Source: a virus
Lineage: Duplodnaviria > Caudoviricetes
Length of the DNA: 64,000 nt
Direction: 5' to 3' (one strand)
Virus record (IMG/VR): IMGVR_UViG_3300013121_000041
Span: 46,966 to 110,965 of that record
The notes below the pieces were generated by a model that saw only the letters and a list, made by a program, of their open reading frames with translations, was not told the DNA's origin and made no database searches. Positions 10,106 through 19,655 of this stretch are shown piece after piece. Position 1 is the stretch's first letter. The number at the start of each line of letters is the position of its first letter. The translations under genes and the position numbers were made by a program.

Positions 10106-10478
10106 TGCCTTCAAAAAGTTAACGGTCAAGTTGGCGGGGCGTTACGAGATTCCCACGGAGGCGGCGGCGTTTTGCGTGGGGGTCGTTTTCAACGTCCTTA
10201 AAAAGCGGGTCGGAAAGGCCGCCGATCCGGTGGTGGCTGCATATCCCGGAATTGGCCATTATATGGCCTCGGCAAGGGCTTCTGAGGGGTGGTCAATTTT
10301 CGGCGACCTGATGGTGGCGGCCAATCAGATGGCCACCGTTGGCCTTCCTATGGGCACCATAGAGGCGTTCTGCACGACGGTATTGGTCGACGCCAGAGCG
10401 CGGGTCGGAAAGGCCCCTGTAGATGCGATTTTGTCGCAAATACCGGAGTTGAAAGGCCGTTTGCCTGACTTTTCTTAA
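10080..10478 (+). CDS. Hypothetical protein
   Basis: ORF track. Confidence 0.45.
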   Translation: MTGSFVENDAFKKLTVKLAGRYEIPTEAAAFCVGVVFNVLKKRVGKAADPVVAAYPGIGHYMASARASEGWSIFGDLMVAANQMATVGLPMGTIEAFCTTVLVDARARVGKAPVDAILSQIPELKGRLPDFS

Positions 10479-10484
10479 ATTCTC

Positions 10485-10513
10485 TTGACAGGGGCTTGAG
10501 TCGCCTGTATGGT
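10485..10513 (+). promoter_or_regulatory. sigma70-type early promoter
   Basis: TTGACA-N17-TATGGT. Confidence 0.7.
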
Positions 10514-10541
10514 CCTCCCACGATTAACGGGGAGCACCGTC

Positions 10542-11198
10542 ATGGCGAAAACGAAGCCCAATCTCTTTGCATCTGCACAGAAGATCGAACCGAAGGCATC
10601 GAAGGCGAAAGCCAAGAAGGCCGAAGTCAGGATCGATGGTCTCGCGGAATTGGCGTCCATCGCCGCCGTGGTCGAATCTCTCTCTTCCCTGAAAGAAACG
10701 TTCGAAGCGCAGGTGAAATCCCGGATGACGGAGTATTTCGTCGAAGTCGGAACGGCGACCGGCGAACGTCCCGATAATTTCTACGGGTTCGATGATGCTG
10801 CGACGGCCTCCTGTGAATTGCGTCGGCGGTCGAGTGCGTCTGGCCTCACTGACGCCGAGGTCGATCTCCTCGTCCGCGTCGGTATTCCGACCGAACAGAT
10901 CGAAGATCGCCCGGACACGTTCATCATCAATCCGGTTTACAAGGAAGACGCCGCCCTGATGGATCGGGTCGGCAAGGTGCTCGGTGGCATCAAGGACATT
11001 CCAGAGGATTTCATCCAGCATCAGGTGTCGCGTAAGAAGACGATCGTGAACGATCAGTCTCTCAGCGCCCTGTTCAAACTCGACGCGAATCAGATTCGTG
11101 AATTGATCTCCGTCGTCGGCACGCTCGCCGTCAAGCCGAAGATCGATGAAGAACTGTCGATCACCCTCAACCGCGTTCGCGCAATCCTCGGAGTCTGA
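10542..11198 (+). CDS. Hypothetical early protein
   Basis: GGAG RBS, downstream of promoter. Confidence 0.65.
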   Translation: MAKTKPNLFASAQKIEPKASKAKAKKAEVRIDGLAELASIAAVVESLSSLKETFEAQVKSRMTEYFVEVGTATGERPDNFYGFDDAATASCELRRRSSASGLTDAEVDLLVRVGIPTEQIEDRPDTFIINPVYKEDAALMDRVGKVLGGIKDIPEDFIQHQVSRKKTIVNDQSLSALFKLDANQIRELISVVGTLAVKPKIDEELSITLNRVRAILGV

Positions 11199-11199
11199 C

Positions 11200-11532
11200 A
11201 TGGGCGTTCTCTGTGATGATTTCATTCCGCCTCGGGCATGGGCAACGATCCCCGAACACATGGTCGAAGCCACCCGTCGTTACATCGAACGGGGCATCCC
11301 ACCGGGCGGATTTCTCACGGCGGTCATCTGCAACGATCTCGTCGGTGCCGTAGCCCGTGCCGATGAAATCAACGCCGTCCGCCTCGTCGATTGGGTCCGT
11401 TTCTTTCATATGTACGCACCGGCAACGTGTTGGGGCGACGAATACTGTTTCGACAAGTGGGTGGAAGCCGGTGGTCTCTCTGGTATGAAAATGGAGAAGG
11501 GTGATGAAGACGCTCGTCGAACGCCTGAATGA
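11200..11532 (+). CDS. Conserved phage hypothetical protein
   Basis: YIERGIPPGGFLTAVICNDL..A..RAD..N. Confidence 0.6.
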   Translation: MGVLCDDFIPPRAWATIPEHMVEATRRYIERGIPPGGFLTAVICNDLVGAVARADEINAVRLVDWVRFFHMYAPATCWGDEYCFDKWVEAGGLSGMKMEKGDEDARRTPE

Positions 11533-11695
11533 ACGGACCGACGAACCCATTTGTGTCGAAGCGGCGGCGGAGATCGAACGGTTGCGTAAGGTCATCATGA
11601 GTCTGGCCCATACCATTGCCGCCGCCCGCCGGGTATTGAAGGAATCTTGATACGAGACGGAAAACGGTCTCGTTAAAATATGGAGGAGAAATTCA

Positions 11696-12169
11696 ATGAG
11701 CACTCGTGCTGACATCATCGTTCGCCGCACCGACGACAAGTGGGCGCGCGTCTATCTGCATTTCGACGGTTATCCCGATGGTGCCGGTCGAACGTTGTTC
11801 GAAAGTTACAACGATCAGGACCGGGCCGAACTCCTCGTTTCCGGCGGTGATATGTCGTCGCTCGCCGAGAGTTGCGATTGTCCCGAAGGACATACGTTCG
11901 ATACGCGAGTCGATGGATATACGGTTTATTACGGTCGTGATCGTGGCGAGACCGATTGTGAGGCCAGCGTGTTCGACTCAGTTTCGGAGGCGTGGCCGCC
12001 GAAAGACACGTGGACGGAATTTACCTACGTGTGGGACGGCTATCGTTGGTGGGTCGGCGATCCGGATGAAGGATTTCAGACAGTCAAACTGCTCGAAGAT
12101 GTCTTGAGTGGGACCGCAACTATCCATCCTGACATCAAGGCGTTCGGTGTTGCAATTGGGAAATGGTGA
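11696..12169 (+). CDS. Conserved phage hypothetical protein
   Basis: MSTRA, YLHFDGYP, GDMSSL, YYGRDRGE. Confidence 0.7.
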   Translation: MSTRADIIVRRTDDKWARVYLHFDGYPDGAGRTLFESYNDQDRAELLVSGGDMSSLAESCDCPEGHTFDTRVDGYTVYYGRDRGETDCEASVFDSVSEAWPPKDTWTEFTYVWDGYRWWVGDPDEGFQTVKLLEDVLSGTATIHPDIKAFGVAIGKW

Positions 12170-12178
12170 CGTCAAATC

Positions 12179-12781
12179 ATGAAGTACGACAAGTTCGCTT
12201 TCATCACACCGCCGCGCGCGGAAAACCGCATACCGCCGGGATTGCTCGACGGTTACGAGGCGCGCGGATGGTGGGCACAGAGGAAATTGAACGGAACGAA
12301 TTCCGTGATCTTCGTGTCGCCGGAGAAGACGTTGCGGGCGATGACACGCCACGGTGAAGATCATAAGATGTGGTCGTTCTCCGACGACTCTGCGGCCGTC
12401 TTCCGAAATCTCCCCGGAAGGGGATGGTGGGTCATCAACGCGGAGTTGATGCACTCGAAGGGTGGTGGTATGAGGGACGTGAATTACGTTCACGACGTTC
12501 TCGTTGCCGACGGTGACTGGCTGTTGGGTTCGACGTACCAGCAACGATGGGGCATCCTCTCGTCCGTGTTGCCCGGCAAGGAAGACGGATGGCGGCGCAT
12601 CGTCAACGCGAAGACGTGGCTCGCGAATAACGTCGTTTCCGGGTTCAAGGATGCTTTCAGTTCTCTCGTCGGGGTCGAATTTGAAGGTCTCGTCCTCAAA
12701 GACCCTCTCGGCAAATTGGCCACGAAGGGGGTGCCGTGGGCAGTGAAGTGTCGCCGTCCGGCGAAGAATTACGGCTTCTAG
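12179..12781 (+). CDS. Stand-alone ligase/capping-type nucleotidyltransferase domain
   Basis: Motif I QRKLNG, III NAEL, IIIa VHDVL, IV EGLVLKD, V WAVKCR; no OB domain. Confidence 0.7.
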   Translation: MKYDKFAFITPPRAENRIPPGLLDGYEARGWWAQRKLNGTNSVIFVSPEKTLRAMTRHGEDHKMWSFSDDSAAVFRNLPGRGWWVINAELMHSKGGGMRDVNYVHDVLVADGDWLLGSTYQQRWGILSSVLPGKEDGWRRIVNAKTWLANNVVSGFKDAFSSLVGVEFEGLVLKDPLGKLATKGVPWAVKCRRPAKNYGF

Positions 12782-13079
12782 GAGGCATCATGTTCGGGGG
12801 GAGAAAAGATCGGTTCGAAAAACGGGAGACCTCATTGGAGAGTGGAGATGTATAAGTTGCCTGAGTTGCGACGCATCGCGTTGCTGTTGGAAGATCATGA
12901 GAACGGCGTCGAAGTGTCGTATTATCACCTTCGAAAACTCGTCGGCATGGGTTTCCTGATCGCCGTCGACGAGAAGATTGAGATGGGACGGCCGCGCAAG
13001 GTGTACGTTAAATCCGGCAATTATGCCGCAAAGATCGAGAGACTCCGCGAGGAAATCAGGAAGTTGGAAGATGGCGGGG

Positions 13080-13634
13080 ATGAAGCGAAGTAAAACGATA
13101 ACTCTCACGATCCTGACGGCGAGCACGGCGTCCGTTCTGGCGGCCTGTCACGATACTTCGATTCCGCCACCGTCAACACTCGTGATGGACGTTCCGGCGA
13201 ATTTCTCAGACGTCGGTGCCTGTGAGAAAATCCACGGGTCGGGATCGTGCGTCGCTCCCTCCGTCATGACGGACGGGGAACACCCGCGCTTTCGTTCGAT
13301 GGAAGAATGTGAGGCCGTGTTTCCCGGAGACTGTCGGCCGAAATTTCTGACGGCGGAGAACGATTTCACGTTCGTCGACGGTGGCCGCATATCGGAGGCC
13401 AATCGAAGTGGTGGTGTCTACGTATATTATCACCCGAATTACATTTCTGGCGTGACGCATTATTATGCGCCGGTTTACAGTGGTGGTCATTATACCGGTG
13501 GTTATGTTGGCGGTAGTTTGAAGGCCGCGTCGGCTCCGGCCGCGAAGGTGGCCGTGGTCCCCGGACGGATCGTTCCGTCGACGATCGGACGTGGTGGTTT
13601 CGGTGTTTCGGCACACGGATCGGTCGGTGGGTGA
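13080..13634 (+). CDS. YgiB/DUF1190-like lipoprotein
   Basis: Signal peptide with lipobox LAAC; PRF.S.EECEA.F; C-terminal RGGFG. Confidence 0.7.
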   Translation: MKRSKTITLTILTASTASVLAACHDTSIPPPSTLVMDVPANFSDVGACEKIHGSGSCVAPSVMTDGEHPRFRSMEECEAVFPGDCRPKFLTAENDFTFVDGGRISEANRSGGVYVYYHPNYISGVTHYYAPVYSGGHYTGGYVGGSLKAASAPAAKVAVVPGRIVPSTIGRGGFGVSAHGSVGG

Positions 13635-14794
13635 TGGAACGGTTAAAGACGCCGCCGCGCGAGAATTGGCAGGAGAAGGTTGAGTCCGTCGGCCTTACGT
13701 TTCATTCCAACGGCATCAGGCCGGTGAATGACGGTGGAACGTGGTGGGACGAAACGGCATATTACGAATTTACGTCCGCAGAGGTCGATGAACTCGAAGT
13801 TGCGACGGAGACCCTCCATCAGATGTCGATCGAAGCCGCCGAGAGGATCATCGGCGATCCGTCTCTCATGGAACACATGATGATCCCGTTCGAATATCGG
13901 GACATGATCAGGGCGTCGTGGGAGCGACGAGACCCGCACGTGTACGGACGGTTCGACGTCGTTTATGACGGCAATGGTCCGCCAAAACTCCTCGAATACA
14001 ATGCCGACACGCCGACGTGTCTCATCGAATCCGCCGTCGTGCAATGGTATTGGTTACTCGATAAATTCGGCGACGCCGATCAATTCAATTCAATCCACGA
14101 GAAGCTGCTCGTCCGTTGGAATGAGATCGCCGCGATGACGGTTGCACCGATTTACTTTTCTTCCATCAAAGATAACCTCGAAGAATTTGCCACCGTCGAG
14201 TACATGCGTGACGTGGCGACACAAGTCGGGATCGACGGTCGTTTCATCCACATGGAGGACATTGGGTGGGACGGCGTGCGGCGACGTTTCGTCGATGAAA
14301 ACGCCTCTCCGTTCGTCCACTGGTTCAAACTCTATCCGTGGGAATGGCTGGCGCAGGAGGAATTCGGAAAGTATCTGCCGGAGGTCGCCGACGTCCTCGG
14401 GATCATCGAACCGCCGTGGAAGGCCGTCCTGTCCAACAAGGGCCTCTTGCCGGTGCTGTGGGAGATGTTCCCCGGTCATGATTATCTCCTCCCGTCGTAC
14501 TGGTCTCCCGGCCCTTTGGAAGGCCGTGGGAAAGTGTCCAAACCTCTCTATGGGAGGGAGGGAAAGAACGTCGGAATACATCACGGGGGCGCTGCGTCCG
14601 TTTCTGGCGGTCCCTATGGGAGTCGGACCATTTGGCAGGAGGCGGCCAACGTTCCGAATTTCAACGGCAATTACGCGATCCTCGGTTCGTGGGTGATCGG
14701 AGATAAAAGTGCTGGGATCATTGTGCGTGAGGATGACGCCCCTTTAATCGTCGGAGGTAGTCGGGTCGTTCCACATATTTTCCGTCATAAATAG
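13634..14794 (+). CDS. Glutathionylspermidine synthase family ATP-grasp (YgiC-like)
   Basis: YGRFD, KLLEYNADTPT, QFNSIHE, FKLYPWEW, EPPWK..LSNK, KPLYGREG. Confidence 0.92.
   Translation: MERLKTPPRENWQEKVESVGLTFHSNGIRPVNDGGTWWDETAYYEFTSAEVDELEVATETLHQMSIEAAERIIGDPSLMEHMMIPFEYRDMIRASWERRDPHVYGRFDVVYDGNGPPKLLEYNADTPTCLIESAVVQWYWLLDKFGDADQFNSIHEKLLVRWNEIAAMTVAPIYFSSIKDNLEEFATVEYMRDVATQVGIDGRFIHMEDIGWDGVRRRFVDENASPFVHWFKLYPWEWLAQEEFGKYLPEVADVLGIIEPPWKAVLSNKGLLPVLWEMFPGHDYLLPSYWSPGPLEGRGKVSKPLYGREGKNVGIHHGGAASVSGGPYGSRTIWQEAANVPNFNGNYAILGSWVIGDKSAGIIVREDDAPLIVGGSRVVPHIFRHK
14786..14793 (+). promoter_or_regulatory. Late promoter (cataaata)
   Basis: Directly before the gp3-like gene. Confidence 0.6.
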
Positions 14795-14797
14795 AGG

Positions 14798-15358
14798 ATG
14801 ACCGATGAACCATCCAGAACGACGGCCGGGGGAGCCTTCGCCCCACCCGAATCTGTGAACAATCTGTACACGAACAAATTTCGTCTCGTCTTCCTCAAAA
14901 TTCCGACGACGACGTTTTTTTGTACGGACGCCGCTCTGCCCGACCTGTCCCTCAATTCCATCCCGATCACGACGCCGTTCAATCCCCATTTCGTGGGTGA
15001 TACGTCCGTCACGTACTCCGATCTGACCGTGAGATTTCAGGTCGATGAGGATTTGAAGAACTACAAGGAAATTCACAAATGGATGGTCGGCATCGCTTCG
15101 CCGGAACGTTACCCGCAATTCACCGATCTGATCAATTCAAACACACCGTCCGGAACGTCCACCGGATACCACATCTATTCAGACGCCCGTTTATTGACGT
15201 TGAAAAATTCCCACCTCTATAATCTGTCCATCGTCTTTAGAGACGCTTTCCCAATTCGTTTGACTGGCATCCGTTTTCGCACGGGCGAGAACGTCGTCGC
15301 CACGGCCGACGCGACGTTCAAGTATAACTACTATGAGTTCGAGGACGGCTTGGCTTGA
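14798..15358 (+). CDS. Tail tube terminator / tail completion protein (T4 gp3-like)
   Basis: YSDLTVRFQVDEDLKNY.EI..WM, FRDAFP, ATFKYNYY; gp3-uvsY-uvsW-gp55 synteny. Confidence 0.75.
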   Translation: MTDEPSRTTAGGAFAPPESVNNLYTNKFRLVFLKIPTTTFFCTDAALPDLSLNSIPITTPFNPHFVGDTSVTYSDLTVRFQVDEDLKNYKEIHKWMVGIASPERYPQFTDLINSNTPSGTSTGYHIYSDARLLTLKNSHLYNLSIVFRDAFPIRLTGIRFRTGENVVATADATFKYNYYEFEDGLA

Positions 15359-15389
15359 CGCCGACCGTTCGAATTTGTTATGATGGGCC

Positions 15390-15824
15390 ATGAAATTATC
15401 GGATTTACAGACAGAGTGGAAGGCCGATTCCAAGATCGAGCCGATGACGATCGCGGAGTCGGCGATCGGCGTCCCAAACCTACATTCGAAATACCTGACG
15501 TTCCTCTCTTCTGAGAGGGTGCGTTTGCGTGCGCTCGTCGCCGAACGGGCGATCCTAGAGAAGAAACTCGAAGATTATTTCGAGGGGAGGATCGACGGTC
15601 GTGACATTGGGAGGGGACCGTTCCAGCACGTTGTTTCGACGAAATCAAAACTCGAAAAACTGATCAATTCCGATCCTGAGATGATGGCCGTCAATCTGGC
15701 GATGGTCGAGTCTGAGGAGATCGTCGGTTTCCTAAAAGAGGTGATCACGTCGATCAATGGCAGGAATTTTACGATCAAAAACTACATCGACTATCAACGG
15801 TGGCTCAATGGAGGATCGCTCTGA
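15390..15824 (+). CDS. uvsY: Recombination mediator UvsY
   Basis: WKADSKI, PNLHSKYL, INGRNFTIKNYIDY. Confidence 0.88.
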   Translation: MKLSDLQTEWKADSKIEPMTIAESAIGVPNLHSKYLTFLSSERVRLRALVAERAILEKKLEDYFEGRIDGRDIGRGPFQHVVSTKSKLEKLINSDPEMMAVNLAMVESEEIVGFLKEVITSINGRNFTIKNYIDYQRWLNGGSL

Positions 15825-17284
15825 CGGAGGTCATCGTCGAACGGGTGGATGAGAGTTTCATCAAGATCGATGCCCCAAGTTCCATCCTCATGGAATTGCG
15901 GGACAGATTTTCGTATGACCTACCGAAGGCAGAATACTTAAAACGGCGGAACAAGAAATATCGTTACTGGGACGGGAAGTTACGGATTTTCAAATTGCGG
16001 AGCCGGACGATTTACGCCGGTCTCGTTCATAAGGTCGCGGAATTCTGTAAAGAGCGTGGGTATGAGTTCATAGATCGCAGCGGCGTTTTTGTGGAAACGC
16101 CGGTATCCGTTCAAGCGGCGCGCGACGTCATGGCGACCGTCGTCCCTTCACTTGAAGGGCGCGATTATCAATGGGAGACGGTGGCACATTGTCTGTCGGT
16201 GCGACGGGCCGTCATCGTTTCACCCACGTCGTCCGGCAAATCCGCCATCATCTACACGTTGACCAGACATCTGAATCTACGGACGCTCATCATCGTGCCG
16301 ACGACCGGCCTCGTGCTCCAGATGGCCAAGGAATTCAATAATTATGCGACCGACTGGGGGACGTTCAAGGACGATATATCCATCGTCATGGAGGGATACT
16401 CGAAGGTTGACCTAAATCGGGTGGTTATCGGAACGTGGCAGTCGATCTTCCGGTTGCCGCACGAATGGTTCGATCGATTCGACGTCGTCATCATCGATGA
16501 GGCCCATCTGGCGAAGGCGGCATCTCTCGTTTCGCTGATGGAAAAATGTGTGAACGCTAACTGGCGTTTCGGTTTTACCGGCACGCTGGACGGTCTCGAA
16601 ATTAATGAGATGGTCCTAGAAGGGCTGTTTGGCCCGCCTCGGGCGATCATCAAGACGCGGGAACTCATCGAACGGGAGTTCATCTCGACGATTGAAATTC
16701 GTTGTATGATATTTTCCCACACTCCGACCGACCGTCGGGCTATGGTCGGGGCATCATATCAGGACGAGATCAATTTCATCGTCGGGTGTGACGCGCGCAA
16801 CGAGTACATTAAAGATTTGGCGATGGCCCTGCCGGGGAACACTCTCATCCTCTTTCAGTACGTCGAGAAACACGGGAAGATCATTTACGATAAGCTGAGG
16901 GCCGCCGGGGCCAAGACATTTTTCGTCGATGGTAGTGTATCCGCAGAGGAACGGGAGATCATCAGGGCGACGATGGAACGCGAAACCGGATGGATTCTCG
17001 TTGCCTCGTTCGGGACCACGTCGACCGGGTGGAACCTAGTCAATTTGAATAACATCATTTTTTCATCTCCGACGAAAAGCAAGATCAGGACCCTCCAATC
17101 GATCGGTCGCGGCCTGCGGCGTGGCGGGGAGAAGGATCATTTTACACTATTTGACGTGGCCGATGATCTGTCGACGCAGGGACATAAAAATCACACTATT
17201 CTGCATTTTTCCGAGCGTCTGAAAAATTACATCGACGAGGGGTTCCCTTATAAAATACACATAGTCACACGGAGAACCAAATGA
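15821..17284 (+). CDS. uvsW: SF2 DNA helicase UvsW
   Basis: WDGK, RDYQ, SPTSSGKS, DEAH, LQSIGRGLR; probable CTG start. Confidence 0.92.
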   Translation: MTEVIVERVDESFIKIDAPSSILMELRDRFSYDLPKAEYLKRRNKKYRYWDGKLRIFKLRSRTIYAGLVHKVAEFCKERGYEFIDRSGVFVETPVSVQAARDVMATVVPSLEGRDYQWETVAHCLSVRRAVIVSPTSSGKSAIIYTLTRHLNLRTLIIVPTTGLVLQMAKEFNNYATDWGTFKDDISIVMEGYSKVDLNRVVIGTWQSIFRLPHEWFDRFDVVIIDEAHLAKAASLVSLMEKCVNANWRFGFTGTLDGLEINEMVLEGLFGPPRAIIKTRELIEREFISTIEIRCMIFSHTPTDRRAMVGASYQDEINFIVGCDARNEYIKDLAMALPGNTLILFQYVEKHGKIIYDKLRAAGAKTFFVDGSVSAEEREIIRATMERETGWILVASFGTTSTGWNLVNLNNIIFSSPTKSKIRTLQSIGRGLRRGGEKDHFTLFDVADDLSTQGHKNHTILHFSERLKNYIDEGFPYKIHIVTRRTK

Positions 17285-17646
17285 CCGTCGAGAGTGTCAT
17301 TTCCATGATGTATATGACGACCGGAATCTACATTTTCGGCGAAACGACGTTCGAGCGGGACAAGGTCATTTGTCGCCATCCGATGGAGATCGACGTCGCC
17401 CGCAGTGGGATGGAGTACACGAACGTTTCGTTTCGTCAGTTGGTTCCGTTGGGAATAGATACGGTTATCGAGTTTGATCGGAAGAACGTCATTTTCGTCG
17501 TGGATAACCCATGCGAGATTCTGATCGACGCTTATTTTGACGCGGTTGAGGAGATCAACAAATCGTTGTCCGACATGATCGTGCGGCATCATGAACGGAA
17601 GGCGTCATCATCGAAGATGGTGGAACCAAAGAAGATGTGGAATTGA
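17281..17646 (+). CDS. Hypothetical protein
   Basis: ORF in usual position between uvsW and gp55. Confidence 0.55.
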   Translation: MTVESVISMMYMTTGIYIFGETTFERDKVICRHPMEIDVARSGMEYTNVSFRQLVPLGIDTVIEFDRKNVIFVVDNPCEILIDAYFDAVEEINKSLSDMIVRHHERKASSSKMVEPKKMWN

Positions 17647-17647
17647 C

Positions 17648-18175
17648 ATGAAGCGCGCTGTGGTGAAAAAGAAGGGGACGACGAATTACATTGATAATAA
17701 AAAGTTCCTAGCTGAATTAACGGAATATCGAAAAAATTACTATACGGAAGTCGATGCCGGGATGAGGCCACCGCGTTTGCCGGATTATCTCGCGACGTGT
17801 TTTTTACAACTCGCAGAAAAGTTTTCGAGACATAAGAAATATTTCGCATATCCGTTTCGCGATGACATGGTTTCCGACGCCGTTCTATGTTGCGTGAAAT
17901 ATGCACACAATTTCGATCCGGAAAAATCGTCGCAGGCGTTCGGATATTTTACGATGGTCGTGAAAATGGCCTTCCATCAGAGAATCGCCAAGGAAAAGAA
18001 GTATCTTTACACGAAATTCAAGTGCATCCAAGACACCGAACTCTTTTCGGAGACCATCATTCAGGACGGGTCGGAACATGCCACGACCATGGCGATTTCT
18101 CCCGAAAGTCGTTATAATATGGTCAGATACATCGAGCAGTGGGAATCGAAGAATCTAGTCCCGAAGAAAAAATGA
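17648..18175 (+). CDS. Late transcription sigma factor gp55
   Basis: NYIDNKKF, DDMVSDA, NFDPEKS..AFGYFT, RIAKEKK. Confidence 0.92.
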   Translation: MKRAVVKKKGTTNYIDNKKFLAELTEYRKNYYTEVDAGMRPPRLPDYLATCFLQLAEKFSRHKKYFAYPFRDDMVSDAVLCCVKYAHNFDPEKSSQAFGYFTMVVKMAFHQRIAKEKKYLYTKFKCIQDTELFSETIIQDGSEHATTMAISPESRYNMVRYIEQWESKNLVPKKK

Positions 18176-18217
18176 GGACAACGATGAGCGGCCGTAAATT
18201 ATTGAAGGGATGCTGAC

Positions 18218-19252
18218 GTGAAGATCGCCATCATTTCCGACCTGCATTTCGGAGCGCGCGGAGATTCCGTCGCCCACCGAACGTACATCGGTAGGTTTTT
18301 TTCGGAAGTTTTTTTCCCATATATCGATGCTAACAACATTGATCGGGTCATCAATCTAGGAGACACGTTCGACAAACGCCAGACGATCAATTTTGCTACG
18401 CTGAGCGCGGCCAATGAGTGTCTGTTCGTGCCATTGAAAAATCGCTTCATTGAATACACACAGATCGTCGGTAATCACGACGCTTTTTATCGCGACAGCC
18501 TTTCAATAAATTCTCCCGAACTGTTGTTACGCGGGTTTGGTTTTGACATCGTGAGTGCGCCTCAAATCAAGGTTTTTGATGGTCTGCGGGTTTTGCTCGT
18601 TCCGTGGATCACCGAAGAAAACAGGGAGGCGACGATCAAATTGATGGCGGCCGGGGCGGATCATCTGTTCGGACATCTTGAGGTCAACGGGTTTGAAATT
18701 TCCCGTGGGTCGGCGTGCGACCACGGGATGGATGGGGCGACGCTCGGTGGATTCCGCAGTGTTTTGTCTGGACATTTTCACATACGGGCGACGCGCGGCA
18801 ACATCACCTATGTCGGGACCCCCTATCAACTGACGTGGGAGGATCACGGACAACAAAAAGGGTTCCACGTTTTTGATACGGGAACCGGCGAATTGGAGTT
18901 CGTCCCAAATCCTCTTGAGTTGTTTCGCGTCATTGAATACGACGACAGTGGCAAGGTCACGATACCGGCAGATTTCGACGGGGGGTACGTCAAGGTTGTC
19001 GTCAGGAAGCGCACCGACCCGGTTAAATTCGACAGGATGATGTCATACCTCAATGGCGTGGGACTGACCGATCTGACCGTCGTTGATACGGAGACGGCCG
19101 TCGCCGACGTTGAGGTGTCTGCGTCTGAGTTAAGCGTCCGCGCTACCCTTGACATAATCATGGAAGTCGTCGAAAGTACCGACGTGAAGGTAGATAGGGG
19201 GCCGCTGTTGGATGAATTGTCATCCATCTATGCTGAGGCCGTGGCACAATGA
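18218..19252 (+). CDS. Recombination endonuclease gp47 (Mre11/SbcD-like)
   Basis: SDLHFG, LGD, GNHD, GHLE, SGHFH. Confidence 0.92.
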   Translation: MKIAIISDLHFGARGDSVAHRTYIGRFFSEVFFPYIDANNIDRVINLGDTFDKRQTINFATLSAANECLFVPLKNRFIEYTQIVGNHDAFYRDSLSINSPELLLRGFGFDIVSAPQIKVFDGLRVLLVPWITEENREATIKLMAAGADHLFGHLEVNGFEISRGSACDHGMDGATLGGFRSVLSGHFHIRATRGNITYVGTPYQLTWEDHGQQKGFHVFDTGTGELEFVPNPLELFRVIEYDDSGKVTIPADFDGGYVKVVVRKRTDPVKFDRMMSYLNGVGLTDLTVVDTETAVADVEVSASELSVRATLDIIMEVVESTDVKVDRGPLLDELSSIYAEAVAQ

Positions 19253-19655
19253 TGTACATCAAGGATGCGGAAAGATTGGCGACGATGAAAGGTAAAGTTC
19301 TGGCGGCTTTGAAATCCGGCGACGTCCGGCTTGCCAACGACATTCTGAGATGCGAGGAGGCGACTACTTTCACGTGTGGTGGACACATGAGCCTCAACGA
19401 GAGGATCATCACGGAAACCGTCGATCTCATTCGATCCGGTCTGATTGATGAAGCGATTTTCCGCATTTCTAAACTCTGATGACTGAAAAATTGATAATGC
19501 CGAAAGGTCGTCCACACCCTTCCGGCAGACCCCTAAAAGGCGGGAAGCCGACGCCGCTCCCCTTTTTCCGACCGCCGTTTCAAGGGTCGTTCACACCGAG
19601 GCTTCGTGAAGATACCACGGTCAAACGCTTCGGTTTCATTCATTGGAAATGATCG

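Noticed and set aside
19476-19652. Hammerhead ribozyme (CTGATGA...GAAA)
   Set aside because: No stem II complementarity; the region reads as a 57-codon ORF starting at 19479
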